NCBI GenBank assembly: GCA_047495785.1
Contig: JBLDXI010000031.1
Span: 310,001 to 374,000, forward strand
Source of the DNA: Lepidodermella squamata
Lineage: Eukaryota > Animalia > Gastrotricha
Direction of reading: 5' to 3'
DNA length: 64,000 nt
The first letter of the stretch is position 1, and each line of letters opens with the position of its first letter. The translations under genes were made by a program, and so were the position numbers. Below are positions 51,167-61,354 of the stretch, one piece after another. The notes beneath the pieces were generated by a model that saw only the letters and a list, made by a program, of their open reading frames with translations, ran no database searches and had not been told where the DNA came from.

Positions 51167-51854
51167 AGCTTCTGGAATTCGGAAAATGAAACTTACTGAG
51201 TGGAAAGCGAGGGATGGCGATGCTGATGGAGAAGGTTGGGTTTGTGTTGAGGTAAAAGGAATGAAAAACTCGATTTCTGGATTCCCGTTCGTCACCTTCG
51301 ACCCCGCAACAGCCGCCTTAATTCAAAGCTACATCGATAATGACCGGCCGGCGTCGAAAAACAAGCGGGTTTTTTTGACTCAAAAACGAACAAGAATCAG
51401 TTCCTCGACGCTGAACGAGTACGCAAACCTCGGTTGGCCGTCGTTCAAAGAAAAGTTTCAGCCGAATTTCAGCCGGCCGCTCAGTGATACCTTTACACTT
51501 ACCACCCAGCGCCGAGCAATCAATACTACTACGCGTTCAGAGAAGGACCCCGACCAGCCGCCTCAGGCCAAAGTTAATCAGGCGTTGGTGCAAAGTGAGC
51601 CCACGGGCGAGTCGGTCTATACCCTCACCGCTGCAGTTTCGGAGGCGATCGGGGTCGCAAAATGGGCGTACTACAAGTGTGCGAACCGCCTTGATCCGTC
51701 GAACCCAGAGCTACGCCCGTTCGCATACAGGCCTGTCAAAGCCGTCCCGCTTTCATCAAACAACACCGAGGGGTCTAAGGAGTCGAAGGATAGTGAAGAC
51801 GAAAATTCCTCGAGCGAAGACGAAAATTCCAGCAGCGACGATGACTGCTGCTAA
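51167..51854 (+). CDS. Tyrosine recombinase exon 2 (catalytic domain)
   Basis: Acceptor TTTTTTATTTTTCAG ends at 51166. Splicing to 28004 gives TGC-R-ASGIRKMKLTEW in frame, then VKGMKN, RP...VFL, TTQRRAINT and ALVQSEPTGESVY. Spliced protein ~662 aa. Confidence 0.82.
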
Positions 51855-52471
51855 AGTATTATTGTCTTGTGTTGTAGTTGATTTTTTACTTGATTTTTCG
51901 GCGCTCACATTGATCAAACTTGTGGAAGAAATTTTCAAAAGAATTAAATAATACAGAAATTCGGGAAGATAAAATTTCATTTTTCGGCGCAAAAAAACGG
52001 CGCAAAAAATCTTTTTTTCATCTGTTGCTATGTTCGCGCTCAATATTTAAAAAATTACGCTTGATCCTCACATTTTTATTATCTTCTTTACTATCTTCTC
52101 GTTTGATATATTGCTCGCGTAATTTCACGATGTCTGATTTCATGATGTCATGTGATTTCTGTCACAAAAGTTGTTATCCAATTTGGTCTATCGTATCAAT
52201 AAAAACGCTCGAGTTACGGCGATTACGCGATCTGAGTCTTGGAAATGCGAATGACGTAGGTGCGATGATGAGATGCGACGCGCAAGGCAGACCGTAAAAT
52301 GCAACGACGCGCATCGGTTAGGAGAGAGGTGTTAAAAGCGTGTCCGCCATCGCCATTTTCAGCAACGGCCTTGAGCTACAATGACGCCAGGTGCGTATAA
52401 AAACCGGCGGAGCATCATCAGTCCAGCATTGGTATCATTTTCAGCAATAAGTTTTTCGATTATTTCTCATA

Positions 52472-52852
52472 ATGCCTTCTTGGTCTGCGTATTTCGACCA
52501 TCGGCGCCCTTGTCAGCTTTTCCGGGTACTTTGCTCGCCATCTGCGAGTGAAGGGCCGTCATCGTTTTCGACTGCAACCTCGACTACGACGACTACAACC
52601 TCGACTACGACGACTACAACGAGCTCGCTGTCTTCGACTTCGTTCGATGACTTGCTGAAATCGCCGCAACGTTACTACGACGATATGCACGCCACCTACA
52701 CCGCTTTTGTTGTAGTCATCGCGATCTTGGCGGTAAGTCTGTTGGTCTCCGTTGCGGTCGGCGTCGGTTATCTATTCCGCGCGGCCATCGCTAAGCGTTG
52801 CTGTCGCAAGGCGACGTTTGAAGAAGCTGCCATCAACGCCGAGCGCCGCTAG
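52472..52852 (+). CDS. Small single-pass membrane protein with a Ser/Thr-rich stalk, 126 aa
   Basis: Poly-Thr tract, TM segment AFVVVIAILAVSLLVSVAVGVGYLF, then KRCCRK. TATAAAA at 52396-52402 and AATAAA at ~53065. Confidence 0.7.
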   Translation: MPSWSAYFDHRRPCQLFRVLCSPSASEGPSSFSTATSTTTTTTSTTTTTTSSLSSTSFDDLLKSPQRYYDDMHATYTAFVVVIAILAVSLLVSVAVGVGYLFRAAIAKRCCRKATFEEAAINAERR

Positions 52853-53198
52853 CGACACGACTTTCTCGCGTGATCACCCTCGCCGCGGTCGTTCCGTTCT
52901 GAAGGCAGAAATCAAGGCAGAAGTGCATCAACCGGCTGACGAAGAATCGCTGGAAGAACTGTTTTCAGCTTAAAATGCCGCCTTAAAGCGGACTTAAACC
53001 GGCCCTTTTCAGGGCCACAAGTGATTGCAACAGTGTTTTATTCCTGGTGTTTCCGGAGTATGAAAATAAAGTTCATATGAGAGCGAGCCGCGGTAGATGG
53101 TGCGTTGATAGTGTTTAGCCATTGTGTCAACAACTTGAGCGCATGTTTGCGCATTGCGTAATCGCCTGCTGTGCGCGAGCGCCATTTTGCGCCACAAT

Positions 53199-55711
53199 AA
53201 TATCTGGGGACAACACAATGGGGACCGAGCATTCTGGGGACAAAACTCTGGGGACAACACATTGGGGACCGAGCATTCTTGGGACAAACGGTGGAATCAG
53301 TGACCCATCAAACATGTGACAATTATCTGGGGACAACACAGTGGGGACCGAGCATTCTGGGAACAAGTTTTCTGTCACCAAAGTCTCGTCCCCAGATTCT
53401 CGTCCCCAGATTTTTGTCCCCGGTTTGTTGACCCCAGATTGTTCGGTCCTAAATCCCCAGGTGAAATTTGAAAGCTGTTTGGGCTGTTTTAATGGCCACC
53501 TCGGCCTAGCTGTGATCGAATCTCCACGATGACGGTTGATAGATCGTTATTCGCTCATGCCGTTATTTCTGGGTCTACTGATTTCCGACTGGGAACCGAG
53601 AAAACCGGTGACAAATATCTGGGGACAACACATTGGGGCCCGAGCATTCTGGGGACAAAACTCTGGGGACAACACATTGGGGACCGAGCATTCTTGGGAC
53701 AAACGGTGGAATCAGTGACCCATCAAACATGTGACAATTATCTGGGGACAACACAGTGGGGACCGAGAAAACGGGTGACAAAAATCTGGGGACAACACAA
53801 TGGGGACCGAGCATTCTGGGAACAAGTTTTCTGTCACCAAAGTCTCGTCCCCAGATTTTTGTCCCCAGTTTTTTGTCCCCATATTGTTGTCCCCAGAGTG
53901 TTCGGTCCTCATTCCCGAGGTGTTCGTCCGCAGAATGTTGAATTAGCAGTTTTCTGTCACCAAAGTCTCGTCCCCAGTTTGGTGTCCCCAGATTGTTCGC
54001 TCCACATTCCCCAGGTGTTCGTCCGCAGAATGTTGTATGAGCAGTTTTCTGTCACCAAAGTCTCGTCCCCAGATTCTCGTCCCCAGATTTTTGTCCGCGG
54101 TTTGTTGACCCCAGATTGTTCGGTGTTAAATCCCCAGGTGAAATTTGAAAGCTGTTTGGGCTGTTTTAATGGCCACCTCGGCCTAGCTGTGATCGAATCT
54201 CCACGATGACGGTTGATAGATCGTTATTCGCTCATGCCGTTATTTCTGGGTCTACTGATTTCCGACTGGGAACCGAGAAAACCGGTGACAAATATCTGGG
54301 GACAACACAATGGGGACCGAGCATTCTGGGGACAAACTGTGGAATTAGTGACCCACCAAACAGGTGACATAATCTGGGGACAACACAGTGGAGACCGAGA
54401 AAACGGGTGACAAAAATCTGGGGACAACACATTGGGGCCCGAGCATTCTGGGGACAAAACTCTGGGGACAACGCATTGGGGCCCGAGCATTCTTGGGACA
54501 AACGGTGGAATCAGTGACCCATCAAACATGTGACAATTATCTGGGGACAACACAGTGGGGACCGAGCATTCTGGGGACAAACTGTGGAATTAGTGACCCA
54601 CCAAACAGGTGACATAATCTGGGGACAACACATTGGGGCCCGAGCATTCTGGGGACAAAACTCTGGGGACAACACATTGGGGACCGAGCATTCTTGGGAC
54701 AAACGGTGGAATCAGTGACCCATCAAACATGTGACAATTATCTGAGGACAACACAGTGGGGACCGAGAAAACGGGTGACAAAAATCTGGGGACAACACAA
54801 TGGGGACCGAGCATTCTGGGAACAAGTTTTCTGTCACCAAAGTCTCGTCCCCAGATTTTTGTCCCCAGTTTTTTGTCCCCATATTGTTGTCCACAGAGTG
54901 TTCGGTCCTCATTCCCGAGGTGTTCGTCCGCAGAATGTTGAATTAGCAGTTTTCTGTCACCAAAGTCTCGTCCCCAGATTTTTGTCCCCAGTTTTTTGTC
55001 CCCATATTGTTGTCCCCAGAGTGTTCGGTCCTCATTCCCGAGGTGTTCGTCCGCAGAATGTTGAATTAGCAGTTTTCTGTCACCAAAGTCTCGTCCCCAG
55101 ATTCTCGTCCCCAGATTTTTGTCCGCGGTTTGTTGACCCCAGATTGTTCGGTGTTAAATCCCCAGGTGAAATTTGAAAGCTGTTTGGGCTGTTTTAATGG
55201 CCACCTCGGCCTAGCTGTGATCGAATCTCCACGATGACGGTTGATAGATCGTTATTCGCTCATGCCGTTATTTCTGGGTCTACTGATTTCCGACTGGGAA
55301 CCGAGAAAACCGGTGACAAATATCTGGGGACAACACAATGGGGACCGAGCATTCTGGGGACAAACTGTGGAATTAGTGACCCGCCAAACAGGTGACAATT
55401 ATCTGGGGACAACACAGTGGGGACCGAGAAAACCGGTGACAAATATCTGGGAACAACACAATGGGGCCCGAGCATTCTGGGGACAAACTGTGGAATTAGT
55501 GACCCACCAAACAGGTGACATAATCTGGGGACAACACAGTGGAGACCGAGAAAACGGGTTACAAAAATCTGGGAACAACACAATGGGGCCCGAGCATTCT
55601 GGGGACAAAAATCTGGGGACAACACATTGGGGACCGAGCATTCTTGGGACAAACGGTGGAATCAGTGACCCATCAAACAGGTGACAATTATCTGGGACAA
55701 CACAATGGGGA
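53199..55711. repeat. Continuation of the satellite array (3 cores)
   Basis: Resumes exactly where the unit was broken at 25065. Confidence 0.95.
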
Positions 55712-56008
55712 CCCAGTCGGAAAAAAGTAGACCTAGCTAGACCTACTCGACCTAATTTAGATAGGCCCCTATAGATCGTAGCGTGATCAAATTTTGCAAC
55801 TGGGGTAGATCTAGCCACGGTCACTATAGGGAGCAAGTAGATCTAGCTGTGTAGATCGACGATAGGTCTACACACGTGTAAATAGATCGAGAGTAGATCT
55901 AGCAAATAATTGAATCGTAACAAAAATGGCTGAATGAATCATGGCTTGGGTCCACCTACGGTCTAAGCATGACCTTGTCAGGTACAAATCTATTTCACCC
56001 GAAATCTA
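55712..56008. repeat. TAGATCTA-rich spacer, possible DNA transposon end
   Basis: Starts CCCAGTCGGAAAAAAGTAGACC and has many TAGATC/TAGACC motifs; separates the forward and inverted satellite blocks. Confidence 0.45.
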
Positions 56009-56407
56009 TTCTCGGTCTCCACTGTGTTGTCCCCAGATTATGTCACCTGTTTGGTGGGTCACTAATTCCACAGTTTGTCCCCAGAATGCTCGGGCCCCAC
56101 TGTGTTGTCCCCAGATTTTTGTCACCGGTTTTCTCGGTCCCCACTGTGTTGTCCCCAGATAATTGTCACCTGTTTGGCGGGTCACTAATTCCACAGTTTG
56201 TCCCCAGAATGCTCGGTCCCCATTGTGTTGTCCCCAGATATTTGTCACCGGTTTTCTCGGGCCCCACTGTGTTTACCCCAGATTTTTGTAACCCGTTTTC
56301 TCGGTCTTCACTGTGTTGTCCCCAGATTATGTCACCTGTTTGGTAGGTCACTAATTCCACAGTTTGTCCCGAGAATGCTCGGTCCCCATTGTGTTGTCCC
56401 CAGATAT
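56009..56407 (-). repeat. Inverted block of the satellite GGGGACA arm
   Basis: Reverse complement of the unit arm; ends at ...GTCCCCAGATAT. Confidence 0.9.
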
Positions 56408-59322
56408 CGTTCGTGTTGCGACGTAAGGGACCGCCTGTACTAGTGCATATTTCTATATATCATTATACCGCTATCATTAACTGGGGAGCGGTTGCATCCC
56501 AAATTACTATGTTTGGTTCAAGGGCTATAAAATTGCCATTAGCTGCGATTGCTATCGTGCGTTCTTGGACTCTTGGAGAGAAAAGAGAAATTCAGCTTTT
56601 TCGCCTATCATTCCTATAATTCTTCAATTTTTTCACGCTTTCTTCTCTGGAATTCTTCGATTGCAGATTTAACAGGTAGCAAAAACGAGCTGCCGTGACC
56701 AATGAAAAACTATTATTATCCGTGTTTCGGTGCCGTAAATCTTTATTTTCAATGCAGCGAAATAATTGAAAATGAACAAAGGAAATGAAACTAAGAGAAC
56801 AATTCATCACACTTTGTTTAACAGAAATGGCGATAACAGGTTGAATATATCGAAAGAGCCAGCACTCTGCAATAGTATAGTAGCGACCTTACGCCGTAAT
56901 TTTCCATTTCCGATTCCCAATCCATATCCAATATCCAATCTTTATCCAATCAGCTATAACTCAAGTGCCGAATTCGAGTAAAAGTTGAAGTATAATAATC
57001 CTAATCAACAATGCAGAATATAAAATTTAACACAGCAGCTAATAGGATGTACTTTACTACTTTAATAGCTGCGAGAGATATTGCAATAAGATTTTAATGA
57101 ATTATTATTACGTATTTAGAAACGAGCCATTCTAAATTAAAAGTTCCTCTGATTTCTACGAAAAAGTATAGAATGATATTCATGCACATGTAATATTATT
57201 GGAAGTAGATCTCGCCCCAGGAAGATTTGGCGGATAAATCTTTGAATTAGGAAACAAGAGGTCTTCAAAGTTTTCTGAAAATGTATCACTTAAAACCGAA
57301 ATGAACTAACAATTTTCGTTGACGGCGAAACTCCATTGGTTAACTAATTAACTAAGTAACGATAACTAAATTGATAAGCCCAAGAAAGATATTTATATAT
57401 ATTATATGCTGTTACGTAATACATATAATATATAGCTAAGTACTTGAATTCCAATGGAAAACCGATTTGACAGGTGTCAAATTCCGAAATTCGGTAATTT
57501 AATATGCTAATTGGTAAATTCATGGTTCTTTTTGCATAAAATTCGGCATTTGACAAATTTTATTTTGGCCAATCATACCAGGGTTCCATTTGGCACCGAT
57601 TTCCCGTAAATCACTCCTAAAGGTATCGATCGGATCAAATCGAATCCTTCGATTTCGATCGATCGATATTCCGAGGCCCGATCTGATTACCCCCTTGATA
57701 TGGATATCGTTGGATAGGAAATTTTGTATAGGTTCGGGAAGGTTCCCTCAATTTCTTTGCCCGATAATTCGTGAATCCACTAGAAGCCTCAGAGCACGTG
57801 TCATCTATATAGGACGCCGGGCGTGAATGGGTTAAGACGCTAATTCCAATTTTCTCGTAGAAAACTGTCGATTTTTCCGTCTCCAACACGGCGTTTCCCT
57901 CATATTTTGGCGTCGTTTTACAATAGGCCACCCTAATTATGGCCGCTTGGATTATACCTATAAATCATCTTCAATTTCCGCATCATTCAGACCTAGAAGA
58001 TTGTGAATTTTCTGCTTTGAGTTGGATGCATAATCATCTCACGCTACTAAATTGTGTAAGGTCTTGCTTGATCCCTCAGCTAGCTTTTGCGCGAATAATT
58101 TGCAATTCAAATATTCCTTCGTTTACAGGAATGAATTCACTTCTCCAATCTCCTATTGCAAGCCGAAAATGGGTCGATTCAACTTCAGCCGAGAACCCTT
58201 CAATCGAGGATGTCTCGCAATCACCCTGAGATCCTGAGGAAACTGCCGAACGTAAATCGAAATCGATTCGCCCAGCTTCGAAGACCAGCATTTTGTCAAA
58301 TCCACCAGAGTGTAATCGCTCGTCTTGTTACATCACAAAATTATGCTGCACGTCCGCCCGAAGTTTCTCAGACTTCATCGAACTTCAAACTCGATTGTTC
58401 ATTGCTTCGTAACTCATTTCGCAACTGTTGACGATCCTTTTTAGCTGGAACTGCTTTTAAACATGACGAATCAATAAAAGTTTCATAGTTTCACTCAAAT
58501 ACCTTCAAAAAGCCTCGACTTCGATCTATGAACCTTAGCAAATTCTTGCATGAAACATCACTTGGGTTCATTCCTTCAGTTTTCAGTTATTCTTGATCAC
58601 TGGAACCTTTCAGTTCCAGTTTAGAACATTCAGTATCCTGTTTTGAAGTGACAAACAGCTAGAATAAACATATCTCCGACTGCTGCCATGAAAAACCGGC
58701 TTTAAATGCATCAAAACACCGAGTTCAAACCTTGGTTTGCTGGTTGAACCTCGAACACGAGAAATTTTTACGGCGGCGTCGCCCGTTGCCATGGAAACGG
58801 CTAGTCAAGGTCGCGTTACTATAATTTTATTTTTCCGATAACTATTTTGATGAGATAAAATTATTTTTAAGAATTAACAGCGACTTAATTAACAAAAATT
58901 CGCGTACAATAAATCCCACTTTTGTAGGAAAAACAGGCTGCGCTATGAAGATTCAACAAACGTGAAAAATTTTTAGTAATTTTTTATCGATCATTTAAAT
59001 TATTTTTCCAAATTCCATTTCACGTCAAAAAGCATAAATTTCTAAAAAAAATCGTGCGATCGGGCATTTTTCAAATTTAATTTTAATTTAATTTGAGGGC
59101 AATTTTCAAGTTCAAATGCATAAATTTCCAAGGTTGAATTTGATCGGAAATTCCATCAATCCTTAAAACAAACAAATCACCGATTCTGGAATCGATTATT
59201 CGCTTCAGTTTATTTCGCTCAAGTATTCAAATAATTTGGTGCTCACCACCGATTCAGAGGTGGACAAAATATTCAAGGTTTTATCATTTCCAGCTTTTTC
59301 ATCGTCATTTTTTATTTTTCAG

Positions 59323-60010
59323 AGCTTCTGGAATTCGGAAAATGAAACTTACTGAGTGGAAAGCGAGGGATGGCGATGCTGATGGAGAAGGTTGGGTTTG
59401 TGTTGAGGTAAAAGGAATGAAAAACTCGATTTCTGGATTCCCGTTCGTCACCTTCGACCCCGCAACAGCCGCCTTAATTCAAAGCTACATCGATAATGAC
59501 CGGCCGGCGTCGAAAAACAAGCGGGTTTTTTTGACTCAAAAACGAACAAGAATCAGTTCCTCGACGCTGAACGAGTACGCAAACCTCGGTTGGCCGTCGT
59601 TCAAAGAAAAGTTTCAGCCGAATTTCAGCCGGCCGCTCAGTGATACCTTTACACTTACCACCCAGCGCCGAGCAATCAATACTACTACGCGTTCAGAGAA
59701 GGACCCCGACCAGCCGCCTCAGGCCAAAGTTAATCAGGCGTTGGTGCAAAGTGAGCCCACGGGCGAGTCGGTCTATACCCTCACCGCTGCAGTTTCGGAG
59801 GCGATCGGGGTCGCAAAATGGGCGTACTACAAGTGTGCGAACCGCCTTGATCCGTCGAACCCAGAGCTACGCCCGTTCGCATACAGGCCTGTCAAAGCCG
59901 TCCCGCTTTCATCAAACAACACCGAGGGGTCTAAGGAGTCGAAGGATAGTGAAGACGAAAATTCCTCGAGCGAAGACGAAAATTCCAGCAGCGACGATGA
60001 CTGCTGCTAA
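59323..60010 (+). CDS. Duplicate of tyrosine recombinase exon 2
   Basis: Same translation and acceptor as 51167-51854; it has no exon 1 of its own. Confidence 0.7.
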
Positions 60011-60627
60011 AGTATTATTGTCTTGTGTTGTAGTTGATTTTTTACTTGATTTTTCGGCGCTCACATTGATCAAACTTGTGGAAGAAATTTTCAAAAGAAT
60101 TAAATAATACAGAAATTCGGGAAGATAAAATTTCATTTTTCGGCGCAAAAAAACGGCGCAAAAAATCTTTTTTTCATCTGTTGCTATGTTCGCGCTCAAT
60201 ATTTAAAAAATTACGCTTGATCCTCACATTTTTATTATCTTCTTTACTATCTTCTCGTTTGATATATTGCTCGCGTAATTTCACGATGTCTGATTTCATG
60301 ATGTCATGTGATTTCTGTCACAAAAGTTGTTATCCAATTTGGTCTATCGTATCAATAAAAACGCTCGAGTTACGGCGATTACGCGATCTGAGTCTTGGAA
60401 ATGCGAATGACGTAGGTGCGATGATGAGATGCGACGCGCAAGGCAGACCGTAAAATGCAACGACGCGCATCGGTTAGGAGAGAGGTGTTAAAAGCGTGTC
60501 CGCCATCGCCATTTTCAGCAACGGCCTTGAGCTACAATGACGCCAGGTGCGTATAAAAACCGGCGGAGCATCATCAGTCCAGCATTGGTATCATTTTCAG
60601 CAATAAGTTTTTCGATTATTTCTCATA

Positions 60628-61008
60628 ATGCCTTCTTGGTCTGCGTATTTCGACCATCGGCGCCCTTGTCAGCTTTTCCGGGTACTTTGCTCGCCATCTG
60701 CGAGTGAAGGGCCGTCATCGTTTTCGACTGCAACCTCGACTACGACGACTACAACCTCGACTACGACGACTACAACGAGCTCGCTGTCTTCGACTTCGTT
60801 CGATGACTTGCTGAAATCGCCGCAACGTTACTACGACGATATGCACGCCACCTACACCGCTTTTGTTGTAGTCATCGCGATCTTGGCGGTAAGTCTGTTG
60901 GTCTCCGTTGCGGTCGGCGTCGGTTATCTATTCCGCGCGGCCATCGCTAAGCGTTGCTGTCGCAAGGCGACGTTTGAAGAAGCTGCCATCAACGCCGAGC
61001 GCCGCTAG
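60628..61008 (+). CDS. Duplicate small Thr-rich membrane protein
   Basis: Same translation as 52472-52852. Confidence 0.7.
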   Translation: MPSWSAYFDHRRPCQLFRVLCSPSASEGPSSFSTATSTTTTTTSTTTTTTSSLSSTSFDDLLKSPQRYYDDMHATYTAFVVVIAILAVSLLVSVAVGVGYLFRAAIAKRCCRKATFEEAAINAERR

Positions 61009-61354
61009 CGACACGACTTTCTCGCGTGATCACCCTCGCCGCGGTCGTTCCGTTCTGAAGGCAGAAATCAAGGCAGAAGTGCATCAACCGGCTGACGAAG
61101 AATCGCTGGAAGAACTGTTTTCAGCTTAAAATGCCGCCTTAAAGCGGACTTAAACCGGCCCTTTTCAGGGCCACAAGTGATTGCAACAGTGTTTTATTCC
61201 TGGTGTTTCCGGAGTATGAAAATAAAGTTCATATGAGAGCGAGCCGCGGTAGATGGTGCGTTGATAGTGTTTAGCCATTGTGTCAACAACTTGAGCGCAT
61301 GTTTGCGCATTGCGTAATCGCCTGCTGTGCGCGAGCGCCATTTTGCGCCACAAT

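Larger units (their letters stand above)
25060..53204 (+). mobile_element. Candidate tyrosine-recombinase (Crypton-like) mobile element inserted in the satellite
   Basis: The satellite is interrupted at GACAAATATC|TGGGGACAAC with AATATC at both junctions (25060-25065, 53199-53204). An 18-bp direct repeat lies near both ends, there are no TIRs, and the segment encodes a spliced tyrosine recombinase. Confidence 0.8.

Noticed and set aside
25060-53204. Helitron, DIRS or Polinton identity for the 28-kb insertion
   Set aside because: No Rep/helicase or 3' hairpin-CTRR, no element-linked RT or split repeats, and no TIRs, polB or capsid genes are visible.
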